A stretch of DNA of 50,355 nt, counting the filler, from Streblomastix strix (lineage: Eukaryota), in NCBI GenBank assembly GCA_008636045.1. It is 2 parts of 2 records of this genome, joined end to end, with 100 filler letters (N's around TTAATTAATTAA, not from the genome) between each part and the next. Parts side by side here need not be neighbours in the genome. Positions count along the whole stretch, not along the records: positions 25,239 to 50,355 come from SNRW01000210.1; 1 more part is not named here. One strand, 5' to 3'. The position numbers were made by a program, and so were the translations under genes. A model generated the notes under the pieces. That model saw nothing but the letters and a program-made list of their open reading frames with translations, did no database searches and had not been told where the DNA came from. Below are positions 26,626 to 42,900 of this stretch, one piece after another; the stretch's first letter is position 1, and the number at the start of each line of letters is the position of its first letter.

Positions 26626-27406
26626 TCATTAATTTAATGGTTGACCTTCAGCGTCAGGAGTTCTTCTTACAAAACGCAAATAGTCGGTTTCGAAATTAGA
26701 ATGTAAAATCAAATCATCTGACATTGGGAGTGCATCAAGCTGGAGTGTGAGTGATAGAAGCGCCGGTTCTTATGCCCAATTTATCCCACTTTCCATTATT
26801 GATTTCTGAAATATGAACAATACACAAATTATAATGAATGAAAAAATCTGTAAGATTATTTCAAACCATAAATACTTTTCGGAGAATGCAATTCTATTTG
26901 TGTAAAGTAGTATATTCATCTCTAAGACGTTTATCCTCTGCATTTATGGTATTTTATTTTAAATTCTATCTTTATTCTTTCAAATCCTCGACTTACGCAA
27001 ATAATTCCATATTGGCAATTCTGCGTTCTATTTTACCCAAAATCAATATAAGAATAATAAACATTATTTAAACATACATCGTATTTACATCTTAATTCGT
27101 TCTAGCTGATCCTTTCTGTCATTCACCTATCTGCTCAATTCGCTAAGTTGTGTGAGTAACATTCGCTTTTATTTAGTTTACTCAACTAATATTTAATAAT
27201 TTTCATTTTCGGTTCCTAATTCTTCTATAACTTTATCCACTGCATCTGTGCGAAAGGCACTAATTCAATAGGATTATAGAAAAAAGTAAATTTTGTTCAA
27301 AATGTTCAACATACGTCCTCATGGCAAGGAATAATATAGACAGAGCAGATTCACTATCAAATAATTTCTACGGTCCAGATTGTAAGTTTCCATCACCTTC
27401 TGCCAT
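26626..27406 (-). CDS. CENPH: Centromere protein H (CENP-H/Mcm16/Fta3)-like, 3 introns
   Basis: Coiled-coil protein ending 'SIMESGINWAQEPALLSLTLQLD', matching the CENP-H C-terminal signature (S-G/K-V-N-W-A-E-D-P-x-L). ATG at 27406, TGA at 26626-26628. Confidence 0.72.
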
Positions 27407-27922
27407 CTAAATCATAAAAAATAATATAATAAATCTATGAGTTAATAGTTAGGGAGTTGAATATAAAAGTATGTGAGCGTTTATGAGGTTGTATGCTTCA
27501 TTTTATTCGATAATAAAATAAAAAAAATCTGAATAAATAGACTAATAAACGTTTTATGCGTTTATCTTTGTTAAAAATAATAAATTAGTATTTTTTAGAC
27601 AAAAACTATAATAATTGATTATAAAAGACAAAAATAATACTATTTATTAAATTTAAAATATAGCTAGACAATAAAATTGACATATTTTTTATTAATTAAC
27701 GCGAAATCGTATTATCTTATGATTTTGGCACATAAACAATAATTGATTTAATGGCTGATTTTGTTGTGTAAAATATAAAAATACATACATAAAATTCGAC
27801 TAAAAGTACAAAATATCCATATAGGACTTAAAATAAACAACTTTAAAATAGTTTTATGTTTTAGTTTATTGTACATTTATATTCACAAAATTATTATTCA
27901 ATTATTTCAATAATTTCATTTT

Positions 27923-30900
27923 TCAATTCTTTTTCCCATAAATTGTAGGTTTTGCAGATGTAGGCAGTATCTAGGATTCCATTTTGATTATATCTGCTGA
28001 AGCACGAAGTGATGATTAAATAAGCGAGAGTTGTTTTGCAAAGTTTAATGCACTGATCCAACTCTCTAACTCATCCTTAGATAGAGCAGCAAATTTATCC
28101 TATTTGTTATCACATTTAGTCTATTGATTTGGCATACTTTGTTATTTTATGAAAAATGGGTAAATGAAAGGATTCTCAAAATCTCCTTATTCATTTAAAT
28201 TATATTCTGATTGGTTTTCTTGAGATATTTATGGAGATTTTTTCCCCATTTCCAATTTTTATCCTTACTTCTTATCGATTTAGCTCTCATTTACATGAAT
28301 ATGGAAATAAAATGCTTCTTGATCTTATGTATAATATCCTGTTTTATGAAAATTTTCTGGGTCTTTCAGAGGTTCAATAATTACTTTTCTTTCACCTTAT
28401 TAGCATTTATCATTATCATATTCTTTGTTTCCAATCATTATTGAATATATTGGCTTCTTTTGTTTTTATATACAAGAATATGGAGTTTCATAAAGGATAA
28501 ATTATTCTGTAAATAAAACTGCCCAAACAATCTTTTTCTTTTCCATCCATTTCAAAAATCCTGTTTTAATCGCATTTTCAACTGACATAAGAAACTTTTT
28601 AGCTTTTCTTCTTAAAGTAATAAATTTCAATATGTCACCTTAATTAGTATTGAAATTTTAGTAGAATTCAGGAGAGGCAATTTTTTCTAATTTGTCAAAC
28701 AATGTTTATCTGTAATCCTTTGAATCGGTATCATCTTTCATTATAGCTACATTATCAATAGCTCTAGACGTTATTGCTTTCTATTAACTTCCAATATCAT
28801 TTTTATTGTTTCTGTGTTAAATATTTATGTTACATGCAGTTGTTACATACGATATATTGATTCCAACATTTTAATTCTACTCTAATTAAATGGTTTAAGG
28901 TAAAAGTATATCAGTATTTTAATTTACTAGTTAGTTTGCCACTGCTGGGGAACCATTTATTATTTATTAAATTGGAGTTTATGAGTTTAATATTTAGCGT
29001 TATATATTTTATTAATAAAATGAATTATTTTGTATTTGTGGGGGATCAATTAATGTCTATGGACTAATTATTTGATTTATATCAGGTTCATTCTCTATTG
29101 TGTTTTTGTTCGGTTTTTATTACTTAATTTAAATATAAGGTAAAATCCAATGTAATTAAGCCTCTTTAAGTACATTTATATATCCAAATCCCGAATTTCC
29201 TAATTATGCAAACGAAAATGGAAAATTAAATTTACTTTGGATTAATTATTATTATGTTTGAAATTATTTGCGTTAATTTTAATATTATTGATTAATATTT
29301 TTCTGATTTTTATTTCCTTAAATGCTGATTTTCTATTCAATTCTTTTTTTAGAGACATTGTTATTGTTAATAAATGAGAAATCAGGAACATTGCCGACAT
29401 TCTAATAAAGTAATTAACTGCCAAATGTTCTTTATTAAGCAAATTATATTTTCCTTTGGATTTAAGGAAGAGATGAAGATGCCAATAGTAATGATTACAA
29501 ATTATTCATTTTATTTTATTCATCTAATTTAATATTTGAAATATTTTATTATTCAATATTATCAAATTTTTATTCTTAAATAGTATTATTCGTTTATTAT
29601 TCAATTATGGTTAAATTTCCTTTATTAATGATATTACGCAATGGAATAGATCTAATTTGTTTTTATATCTCAAATTAATAATTTGTATTTTATTAATCTC
29701 CTTCAAGATTAATATCCTGACTATTGAGGAACTGTTTGAATTATTCACAATATTTAAGAGCTCTTGCATCTTCTCTATCATTTTATATTTTTTATTCTCT
29801 CCTAATTCGCATTGTTGATATTAGTAATGATAAGAATACAGAACTTGAGGGATATTATCTGACATTAGACAACCAAGGTATATATCTTATTCCACATCCT
29901 ATCTTCATTAAATTCCACATCATCTGTTCTCTATTTTATTTCATCTCTTTTCTTCTTCTCTTTTGTATTTATTTATTATCTAGTTTTTCATATTATTATT
30001 ATGAGTTATTACTAAAGCTGTTTCTATTGATTTATAGTGAATATTTAATTTATTAGTTCAATTATTAATTCGTAGGCGTAGATGAAAGAGATGGTTATGC
30101 AGGAGTAGATGATGTTTCAGGAAATATTTCATTGTTATTTAAATTTTAATTCATATTTGTTTATCCAATTTCTTCATCTTCAAAGGAAGAGGATTATTCT
30201 TCTACCAGACTATTTAATTGGTTTTCTTATTCTTCTTATTAAAAATTTTATATCCATTTATTAAAATTTTAGAGGAAGTAATCATATTCTAAATGTCTTT
30301 TATATTTAATTTTATTATTATTATAATCTTCTTATTTTAAAAATGGTAATAATGTCATTATGAATATAAAACTTTTCATATCTCCTTATATCATTATCTT
30401 TTATATTACATTTAAGTTATTATTATCTTTTATCAATATATTGGCTCCTGATAGAATTAAGTTTGCAATTGGTTTGTTTGGAAGAGCCAATGAAAATGAA
30501 GAAGAATTTGGAGAGAATGAATCTAATTATTGAGATACAAATGATTCATTTTTTATTTATTCTGCATCCATTAGGGCTACAAATTATTATGAAAATGATT
30601 CAGCTGTTAATATTGCTTGAGGAGATAATTTGTAATAAATAACCTTTTTATAATCTTTTGAAGATTATTCGATTTTTTTATTTTATATATTATTCATATT
30701 TCTTATATTTTTGCTCTTATACTCTTAATTTTAATTAGTTTCTTTTTTATTATTTTCATCGGTATATATTTATTATTAAGATGTTTATAACATAGATGAT
30801 TATTATATTGGCATAATTATTTTATTTGTGTCATCTTTCTAATGTATCAGATATTTTATTCCTGATGGTAGAAATTAAGGTGATTCAATCTTAGAATTCA

Positions 30901-33900
30901 TATCCATATTCATACTCTCATTTACTTATTTACTTATAATTAAATTCTTTATGTTATCAAAACTGTTATTTAATACATTATTATTATTCTAATTTATGTT
31001 AAACTAAGGAGTAGATGGAGTAACAACTTATTAATTTAAATACGATGTAAAAGGAGATCTTATTGGAGAAGAGAAAGAAGAAGGTGAAGTTGAGAGATGT
31101 TATTATGAAGATGAGAATAAAGGAAGAATAACAGTTGATTGTGGTTATTGGTATGGTTATTGTATGTATGGTGATGAATGAATTGTATGCATATGAGATT
31201 ACATGGATGAAGGAGAAGAAGATTCAGGAAATAATCTTTTTCTTGGAGATTAATTACTCAGATCTTCTATATGAGGTAGTGATCTATTTAACATATTATT
31301 TTATAGTAGTTACTCTTATTATTGGTGCTTTTTCTTATGGTTCACAATATATTCCATTCTTTTTACTTATCTATCATCTTTTATTTTCTTTTTTTCAATC
31401 TTCTTTTGTTTCTTTCTTTCTTTTTCTTATTATCTTATTTTCTATCTCTCTTTTTCTTGTGTCAATTAATCTTCCAATTTTTTCACTTTATTTCCTATTT
31501 ATTCTTCTTAATACTCTTTTTAATTCATATTTTAGTTAATATTGACTTGTTTTTCTTTCTCCACACATTCTTTTATTTATTATTATTCTTTGTATTTCAT
31601 TTCTTGCAATTTTGTTTAATATTTAACAATAAGTCCTCTTAATAATTCTATTACTTAATTTGGTATTATTTAAATCTTATTCATTCCAGAAGAATGAATA
31701 TAATGTAATGCTGTTTTTCCATAATTATCCGTAGTATCAATTTATTTGCTGTTCAGAAAAGGTAATAATTATAATATTATTTTAGAGTGCTATTATTTAG
31801 ATGCCAATAATAAAGATGTAGCTTTTTATTGCCAATAAATATCTATCCCTTTAATATATTAGTTTAATCCAGCGAAATTTTCAACTGGTATAATCTATTT
31901 TTAATTAACATATGATATATATAAAGGAGGATAAATAGATTAATATTATTATAGTATTTATTATTGTTGTTGTTATGCATATAATTAAGAAGTATATAAA
32001 ATGTTGTTATATAATAAAGGTGATTAAATTAATTGAGGAACTGAAAGACCAGATCTGGAATTAATTTTCTTTTGTTCTTATTGTTTCTAATTCTTTAATT
32101 ATTAAATATTTTTTTCATTCATTTATTAATATAGGACAGAATTATCATCATTTTTGAAGAATGTATAATTAACTTGTTAAGAATGTAAAGGAGAATGTGA
32201 TATAGTAACAATTGGTCCTTTTTCATTGCTTTATTAATAACCAAGTTAAACTTAAGGAGAAAGGATAGTTAAAACATTTTATTTTGTATTTTTAACAGTT
32301 TTGGTATCATTAATATTTTAATGGTTATCAATAAGTTAATTTGAAGGTTAAGAATATACAGATTAAGAAGAATGAGAAGATTTTCTACTAAAATTATCCT
32401 TATTAACTTTATTCATATTTTAATTTCTGTTTTATTAGTTATAATAATCATATTTAATTTATGATAATGCAATTCCAGATGCGGAAGATTAAGATGATAT
32501 AGCATCTAGAAATGCATTAAGTGATTCTGAACACCCTGATAAGCAAATCAAATGAAATAATGAATAACCATTGAATAGTAAAATTGGCTGTTATTTATAT
32601 TCTGATTATTGATTCTATGGTATAAGTTATTATTATTATTTTGTTCTTTCTCTCAATTTCCTTTCTATATCTCTTCTATAATTACTATTTGAATTGTATG
32701 AAATTATTGGACTTTATTATTATAATTATTACTGATTTTATTATTAATTTAATTACTTTATTTATGATTAGATTAAAGGAGATAATATATTAGATGGAAA
32801 ATGAGATGTATTAAAAGAAAGATCTTTACTATTTGCTCTTACTCTTAATTTATCAAGTTCTCCTGTATAATTCATTATTTAATCATTAATGTTTCTTTGT
32901 TTAACTTATTATTAATATTTATTAATGTATAACAATTATGACTATAATGATGAAGAAGGATTTTAATATGAATAATTATTATCATCATATTTACCTTTAT
33001 CAAAACTACCTCTTCCTCTTCCTTATTCATTTGAATCTTCCATTCTTTTATTTATTTGTATATCTGTGCTTCTTCTCTATCTATCTCTATTTTATGATGA
33101 TTCATCCCCTATCTATTTTCTTACTTGTTAATCATTCTTATTTTATTATTATTTATGTTTGCATTATTTCTCCTATTAAAAAGAAGATGATATAAGTTGT
33201 GTTGTAAATAATTAAGGGGAATGAGTTGGAGACTGTTGCACATTGAGCCCCCAACTTCCAGATCTGTTTCTTTATATTGAAGATTGATTGCCTTCTTTTA
33301 TTCCTTTGTTATTAGTCTTATAATTTAATTTAACTGGCTATTCATTCTATTTCAACTTAAGTTCCATACTTAACTATCTTTTCTTTTATTTAATTGAATC
33401 TTTTATATCTTTTTTCATTCTTTTCATGTCTTATTTTACTTATTCTTCCACTTTTTCAAATTGATTTCTTAAACTCATTTTATTATTAATATTGAAGTAT
33501 TAATGAAATGATTATTTAAATGGATATTGATTTTATTATTTAATTTATATTTATTCTTCTCTATTTTATTTTTTTTATTATTAATTTTCATAAATATTTC
33601 TATTTATTCTTTCTGTTCCATTCTCTAATAAAATATTAGTATGCTCAGATGAAGAATATTCAATATTTTATTCATTTTCTCTTAATTTTTTCTTTTTAAT
33701 TTTCTTAGTTTCTTTTTTTCTCTATTGAGAAATATATCCTTCTTTATTCATAACCAATTCTCTTTATTAAAATTAGTTTTATTATTATTTATTAAAATAA
33801 AATAAATTTCCTCCAAATAGTGAATTTTCTTCACTATCACTCTTATAATCATTATAATATTAATTATCTTCACTTTATTCTTATTCTTAAACATATTTTA

Positions 33901-36900
33901 ATTCTTCATTATCAATTGTATCCTCACATTCATTTATTTCATTTTCAACCATCTTTTTTACTTTCATATTAATTTCTTTCTTCTTCTTTATTTTGTTTCT
34001 TTATTATTATTATAACTATTATAAATATGATTATGTTGATGAATGTGAAGGAGATGAAGATGATGAAGGTTATGATGTGTGAATATGAATATTTGTATGA
34101 GACTATGTTGAAGAGGATTATTATGATTCATTCGTTTTGCTACTTTTGACTGTTTCACTAAATTTTCTTTCTTTGCTTACATTTGTAATACTTCTTTATC
34201 TTTAAATAAATTATTGCCTATTTAATTATTGTGTTTTGCTTTTAGTTTAATTTTTGAAATTATTCTGTTAAATTCTTTCTTCATCCTAATCTTATTCACT
34301 ATCGTCTTCATCATCACTATGCAAATATCTATTTATCATCTATTTCTACATTCCATTTCTTCTTTCTCTTTCTCTCATATATTACATTCTCTCTTTTTCT
34401 TTCTATCTCTGGAATTATTATTAGTATTATTATTTCTATTATTTCAGTTTAATAAGTTATAAATATGAATTCTTTTAAAATAATGGAGATGATACATTAT
34501 ATGATTATGAGCCAGAGAATAATAATGATCGAAGAAATGTCTGTCCTGTTGAATATGATGAAGATATTGATGATGGAGAGTAAATTGTAATTATTATTTT
34601 AGATTAATTATAATTGTTTTATTCATTGTTATTTGTATTTGTAATATTTTACAATTATTCGCCTTGTTTTAAATCCAAATTATTGCTCTAATTATGTTAT
34701 TATAAAAAAACTGATTTTTATTCACTATTTTTTGATTAAAAAGATGTTTCTCTCGATCTCATTTCATTTTCTGGATTGAAAATACTTTTATCTTCATAAT
34801 CTCTGTTAGAATCTTTATTTCTATTTATTTCTTTTTCTCTTTATTCTTCTTCACCCTCTTCTTATCTTATTATTCTATCCGTTTCTATTTACTCCCTTTA
34901 TTTATTCCCTGTTGCTAAAGAAGAAAAAAATGTTCTTAGAAAAGTGCCAGAATCTAATGAAGCACAAATTAAAGCTTATATTTTAATTAAATTGAATGAG
35001 CATTGATCGCAAGGCTAATTGTGAATTATTTGTGTTTCTTACTATAATTATTTATTCTTTGAATTGGAATGTTAAGAATGATTAAATTATAGGTTATTAT
35101 CAACATTATTATCATTAAAACCTTTAGAATTTTATATTTTTTCTTGTCCTTTTATATTTTCATGTTACAAAAATGAAGATGAAGAAGAATTTGAGTCATT
35201 GGAAGATTATGAAAGTGAAGATTAACTTCTTATGAATTATTTATTATTACTATTTCCTTACTTAGTATTATTTTAATCTTTATTCTAATTTTTTTATTCC
35301 ATTTTGATACTTACATCTTTATCATCATCATATTCTTATTCTTCATCATTAATTTATTCTTATTTTTCTTTATTCTTATTTTTCTCAATAATAATTTATT
35401 CAACAAATAAACATGGTGTATGAATCATTATATAAAATATCAATCGAGAATAAGTCATCATTTATTAGCCTTTATCTTCATATATCTATTATTTGATATT
35501 TTAATTCATAGTCATATTCATTTGCCTATTGTTATTTTAATTAATATTAATAACATCTTCAAATCTTTCTCTATTTTAAAATATATTCTATTATTACCCA
35601 CTAAATATTTAATTTTATTCATTAATCAATTAGTCCTTATTATTTTATTATTCAAATTAACTCATTTGAGAAGTTGACTATGAAACTGATTATGATTATG
35701 TATATGGAGAATGAGAATAAGGAGAAGAAAAGGAATATGTTGGACTTGGATATTAGGATTATTATTAGGATTATTATTAGGATTATTATTAGGATTACGA
35801 TTAAGATTATGATTAAGATTAATAATATTGCATTTATTATTCATTTTAGGAAGAAAATAAGGATATTGGATATGGCTGAGACTATTAATTAATTGATTAA
35901 GAAAATATTTATTTATTAGTGAGAGAATCAGGTTATTTTGAATATAATTTTTAGTCAATTTTTCTAAATGGAGATCCTATTTCGGTTTATTAATATATTT
36001 GTTGTTATTATTAATATTAGTATTCTCTTTTCTTTATTCAATTTTATTTGCTAATCAATCTTCTTTTCCGATTCTCTTATCTAGAATCTTAATATCTTTA
36101 CTCTTATTTATTAATAAATTTTCTCCATCCCTATTCAATAGTTTAATTACTATTGCGAAAACAAAATGGTATATATGAAGCACAACTATAATATATCTAC
36201 TTCTATTAAGACTATTAAATATATTATTATTAAGAATTATTATAGGATGTTACAGAAGGAGATTGGAGTTAGATTGAAGGAGAATTAGTAGATAATATTA
36301 TTTATCTTTCTGTATAAGGTGTTTTCACTTATTATTATTATTCTTATTATTATTTAATATTAATTGTCTAAGAAGAATTTTATAATTAATAAAATAAAGG
36401 ATTACTTATTTAATAATCAAATGAATTTATGAAATTATTTTCCAATTTCATCATCTTTCTATTCGTTTATTTACATATTTCTTAAAATAAATCTTATTGT
36501 TGTATTATTTTTAGTTCATAATTTTTTTATTATTATTATTATTATTACTCATAATTATCATCTGTATCTGCTTCATTGTTATTATCATGATACTTATTAC
36601 CACTTTCAGATCTAAAAGAAGAAAATGGAGTAAAATATTAAGATTACGAAGATGAGGAAGAAGATTAAGATGAAAATGATGATAATGACTGTAAAGACGA
36701 TTTCAAATATGAAGTTTAATTAGAAATAATTGTACCATTTTTTTAAATATGAAATTTTTTTAAAGGACTATTTAATGGTGATACAAATGAAGAAGGAGAA
36801 GAAGATGAAGATTAATTTTGCTTATTTTGTTTATGAGAAGAATGATGATTGTGATTAGTATGAGAATGTGAGTTAGAATTGGATAAAGAAAATGATTATG

Positions 36901-39900
36901 ATTCACATTCAGATTATGAAGAAGAATTAGAAGAAGAATAGGAAGATTTATAAGTTGATGATGATGAAGAATAAGATGAAGACGAAGAAGATGAAGATAT
37001 ATATGTTGAAGAATATATAGGAGAACTGGATAAAGATGATGTACTTAATTCAGAATCAATCTATGATTCCTATTCATCATCTAAATAAGCGTCTCTTTTA
37101 TCTGTAATTATAAACTCATTGTCATTTCTTTCTTTCTTATTCTTCATATTCCTATTCTTATTCTATTTAATTATATCTTTCTTCTTTTTTTTAATTTCTT
37201 TCTCTTCAATTTATTATTCTAAATTTAATATAGATTTTCTTTCAATGATTTATTATGGTTGAGAAGTAAATAGCTAACATGGTCCTCCGTAAGCAAGTAA
37301 AATGAATAAAGAAGCAAAATTCTATGTCCTTATTGAAGATAATATTGGCGTTTCACCTGAACAGAAAGGAGATCCAAGAGGAGGAAGAGATTAATTAAAA
37401 ACATCTTAAATTGAAGTATTACATTAATGCTTGGGAAATGGATGCATTGAGATATTAGAATAAGATTAAGGTGATTAATATGAAGATTATTATGAGTTAG
37501 AATATGAAGAGATCTGTTAATTGGTATTATTATTGTTCCTATATTAAAATTAATATAAATAATAATAATGTCGATGAAAAGAATAAGATTAGAAGAAGGG
37601 AGGTGTAAATGAATAGTTAGGAGGATGAATTATAGATTATGATGAATTAAATGAATAATCTCTTTCTTACATCTCTCTAATCATCTTCTTTCTTTCTATT
37701 CTCCATTAATATCTTCTTTTCTTCTTCATTTCCTTTATTTGGTTCCTTTCTCTGACTCTTTCAATTTATATTTCATACTCTTCTTATTCATTTGAAATTA
37801 AATCTAAATAATTATTATATAATTATCGTGTTATTATAGAGTCGGTTTCATTATGCAATAATTAATGAGTAAATAATAAGGAAGACTTTCTACACAATGA
37901 ATTTGGCAATATATATTATAATGATTAAAATTATTAGAGAGAAGTATTATAAGGTTATTATTAATATTAAGATAATGAATCTGGAGATTAAATGGGTTGT
38001 TATTGAATTGAATTTGCAAATGAAGGAATGGAAGTTTAAAGAGAAGAAAATAACGGAGATTAAGATGAGGCTTGCATTTGTGGATTTGAAATTTTAAAGC
38101 TTTAAATTGATGTTTATACAAAATTTTACTTATTTTCTTATTAAAGTTAATCATTTACTTTATCAATTTTTATGTCCTTTTTATGTAATATACTAAAATT
38201 TCTTCCTCCTTTCTTTTTTTCAATTTCTTATTATTGTTTCTTTTATTACATTGACAATTATAATTATTATTTATTCCAATTTTCTAATTTAATTTTTCTT
38301 TCTTTCTTTATTTAAAATGCATAATATGATAAAGATTGTATAATATAGGTAATAACTTAAGAAGATATTAACAATGGAGAAGATAATAAATAAGAAATTG
38401 TGTCTACACTACCACGTTCGGTTAATAAATGTAAGCAATTTCTATTACCTAAATAGAATACCAATCTATTAAGAGGATGTGTCTCTATTTATTAATATTA
38501 TTATTACAAATGATTAGGATATTAAAGAATAAATTATTAAGGAACGTAGAATCTTGATTATTATTTGATTGGTGATTAATACATTTATTATTATTTAAAT
38601 GGAACAATAGAAGTTTAAGGTGATCGATTAATAATTGGAGAGTTAAATCCTATATAATTCTGCTGTTGGTATGATTAATTTAATTAATGTTGTTATTTTT
38701 AGTTTAAATTATAACTTTGACTTTACTGCAATGATAAAGATTAAGATAACTGCTCAGATGTAATAATAGGTGCCTGATGAGTAAATAGTTTTAATTATTG
38801 ATTCATTTATTCATTATTATTATTTATTTATTGTTATTATTATTACTATGATGATGATGATGATGATGAAGAAGAAGAAGAATAGGAATATGAAGAAGAT
38901 ATATTTGTTTAATTTAACTATGCTTTTTATTATATTTATTACTATTATTATGGATTATTAGAAGGAATGGTTGCTAAAATTGTTGGAAACAAAAATGGTT
39001 GTTATAATTAAGATTACTATTAAAATTAATATTAATTAGATAAATTATTATTTTTATTGTTAGATGCTTATAAATTTGATTGTGAGAAAGATTGAGATTG
39101 TATTTAATCTTATTTACTCTTTCCACCTGTTTTGATTTACTAAATAACTACTTTTGTTTATGATGAAGATTATAAAACTGATTATTTAATATTTTATTAT
39201 TAATTTAGTGGAATTTTGGAGGATGCATCTGAGAATATAACGTTCTAAAACTATTAGTTTTGTATTTTATTAATATTTGGATTTCCAACATTGTTACTTA
39301 ATGTTTACATTTATTATAATATTAAATTCTAATTTTTTATATCGCTTTAGTTTTAATTATTAATAGTTTATGATGATAATATACTTGCATTCATGTTAAT
39401 ATTTTCTTTTTCTGTTTCATGCACTTCTTTAGTTTCAAACTATCTTAAATTTTCTTCTTCCTTTTTCTATTTAGTTAATAAACTTTATAATGCTTATAAA
39501 TCTCTGTCAAATTAATTATAATTCATTAAAGCATTATCATATTATAATAGTAATAATAAAGGTTATAATCTGAGCTATGTGCAAGAATGGTGATAAGGAT
39601 TCATTTTTATTCTATCTTCCTATTTTGTATTTGCACCTCTCTACAATAATAAATTCATTAATTATATATCTCCTTAAGCAGCTGCAATATGAAGTAATGA
39701 ATAACCAAAAACACTGTCTTATTCATTTATATTAATACCAAATGCAATATACCAACCTATTTTATGTAATCTATATTAATGTTGCTTTGATTAATATTAA
39801 TGTTATTATGGATCAGGTAAAGATTAATATTTTTATTATGAATTTAATGTTGAAGAATACGAAGAGAATAAAGGAGATTATATATGAGAGTGAGCTAATG

Positions 39901-42900
39901 GAAAGAAGAAATGTTATTTAGTAGCAGAATGAGCATAATTATCATCATACTATTACTAATTAATATATTACAACCTATTCTTTTACAATTCTTCCTGATC
40001 TTCAAGAGATCCTGGGCATAAGAAACAAAACAAAGGGAAATATATTTTATTAAATTATTGAAATTTTTATTATATTTAATATCCTTATATATGCTGATTT
40101 GTTGAATGATTCTTCAATGTTCGATTTATTTTAAATTCTACGAAATTATTCATATTTTCAATTTATTTATTTTCTTTCTCTTAAATATTCTCATTCTTAT
40201 GTTAATTTTATTTCTTATTATCCTGATTTATATTTTCATTTTAATTTTCATTTTACCGATTTTATTTTTCATTATAAATTCTATTATTAACAATGGGAGA
40301 TTAAATTGCACTTCGAATTATGTTTTATTAATTATTTTATTAACTATTTTAATTGTTTTATTATTATTGTTATTTTTTAATTTATTATTATTAATAACTA
40401 ATATTATTTATTTATGGCGGTTGCAATATTTCAAATACTCTTGCAGTGCATACACATGAATCAATACATCCCTAACATTCATATGAATAGTAATCCTAAT
40501 TGTAATTATAACTGAAGTTGTCTTTGTGATTAATATAAGAAGTTTGTAAACATGAATATGGAGAATATGGTGTAAAAGGATTATAGTATTAATTGTATTC
40601 GTTAATTTCATCGTCATCTTCATTTTAATCTTAAAAAATATTAATATTAATATGATTATTGTTATTGTTACTGTTTTATTTTATTTTATTTAATCCTCCT
40701 TTTCTTTCTATTTTCATCTTCTTTATATAAATTCTCTCATTTCTTTATCCTTCAATTGAGACATTGTTATTTATCCATCCATTAATCGCTTTCTCTCTTT
40801 TCTTTTTCCAATATTCTTTTATTATTTATTATTTAAGTTAATCTTTTATAATTGATGTTTAATTTCTATTATTATTATTTGATTGTTTACTACTATTTCT
40901 TTATTGTTTATTGTTATTATTGATATTAGTTGGACTTTATACATCTACTCTTCCTTTTCCTTATTCATATTAATCTTCATTATTAATACATTTATCATTC
41001 TACTCTTTTTATTTACTTCTTTCTCTATCAGATTCATAATCCATATATTCATCTTCTTCATATTCATCTTAACCTTCTTCATCATACATACATGTAATCA
41101 ATGCTGGAGTTCTTCCCCAACAATCTCTTTAATTAATTGCAAGAAGTTATTATTAGTTTACAAGTCTCATATTATTATTAAATTCATTTAATATGATGTT
41201 AATATCTGATTAGTGTTAATGCAATTACAAAAATTAATCCTATGAAAATGACTATTAATTTTATTATGTTTGAATTTGAATATTATTCCTTATTAATGAA
41301 GGCGATATTGGATATTGGAATGAAGAAGATTATAATTATTAAGGTTCCTATTAATATTATTTTATTTATGATGGTAATTATTAATGCAAGAATGATGATG
41401 AAGTCTATTGTGATGTAAGATCTGGAGTTCTTTCTATCTTCATTCCTTTATTCATGCTTGTAATATCTTCATTAATCTTTTCTTCTTTACTATTTTATTA
41501 ATATTTAGTCTAATTGTTATTCATTTATTCATCATGTGTTAATTATGATATTTATAAATTATTATTTAACAACTATTTATGTTTTAATGGTGATGGTTAC
41601 GATTAAGAATTAGGGTTTAAGCTATTTGCTAATGATTCAAATTATAACTATTTATAGTTTTCAATATTCTTTTCTTCCAAATTTCTTACAATACCTTAAT
41701 TGTTATTTTGAACATACTTTTCTCTTGTTTATTCATCTTATCTCCTATTTCTCACATATTTCTCGTTTCTGCTTTTTTTCAATCTATTTCGTCTTCTCTA
41801 TTCATCTCCATTTATTATTTTCCAAATGTATTCATTATTTCTAATTGTAATTCTTGATAATATTTATAATGCATTTTAATTTATATACAATTATGGATAT
41901 GTAGAAGAATATTCCGAAGTAGATATGTAAGATGGAGGAGATACAAAACTCCTTTCATTATTGATAGTTTATAATTTCTTTAATGACTCGCTTTTTTTCA
42001 TTGTAGGTTTGTTTAATTCATTATCTTATTTGGATTATTGAGCTTTTTGTTAAATTTTATTATTATTAAAATTTAAATTCTGTAAGTATTATTATCCTTA
42101 ATATTTACCAATTAATTTTTCATTAAATTCAAATAAATAATATAAATTTTAATTTGGCTCATAAAGAAATTACTATTACCATTATTATTAAATATAATTT
42201 TTATTTACGAATTATTGTTCATATTTATTTTGTATTATTTCTCTTTCCTCTAAAGTTAAATTCTATATATGTGATGCTAATAATGAATAATATTATTATT
42301 ACTGATATTATTGTTAAAACTAATATGAAACTTAAGAATGAGGATTGTTATGTTATTTAGTTACAGAATTATGAGAAGGGTTAGTTTGATAATTAGAAGA
42401 ATTGTTTTCATATGATTATTAAGATGATGATAATGAAGAAAATTATGTTTGTGAAGTTTGCTCAGATTATTAATCTGTTAACTAATTGTGAAATTAAGAT
42501 TAAGATAAATGTTAAGATGGAGATTATGATGAAATGTTATCAGGTTTTATTTTCACACTTGATAATTATTTATTTTTATTGATAATACTTATAAAATTAT
42601 TATCGTTTTTAATATTCTATTTATCTTTATTTTTGATGTTGATTTCTATTTTGTTCTCTTTTTCAACATAATCTTCCATTTAAATTTATAATTCTTCTAA
42701 TTATTCAAAAGATGAAGAATTACTAGAAAAATTAGAAAAATATTTAGATGATTAATCAGAACTACTATCTTCTTAATTTTTTTATTCTTTTTCATAAATT
42801 TAATCAAAATGTTCATTACTTTACTCCTTTCTTTTTTATCTTGTGATTTTATTCAATCGTTTTAAGTTATTAATTTTTTATTCTCCGTTTGTTTCATGTT

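Noticed and set aside
35750..35800. Short tandem repeats as CRISPR-like or telomeric arrays
   Set aside because: No spacers; they are in-frame coding repeats inside a eukaryotic gene.
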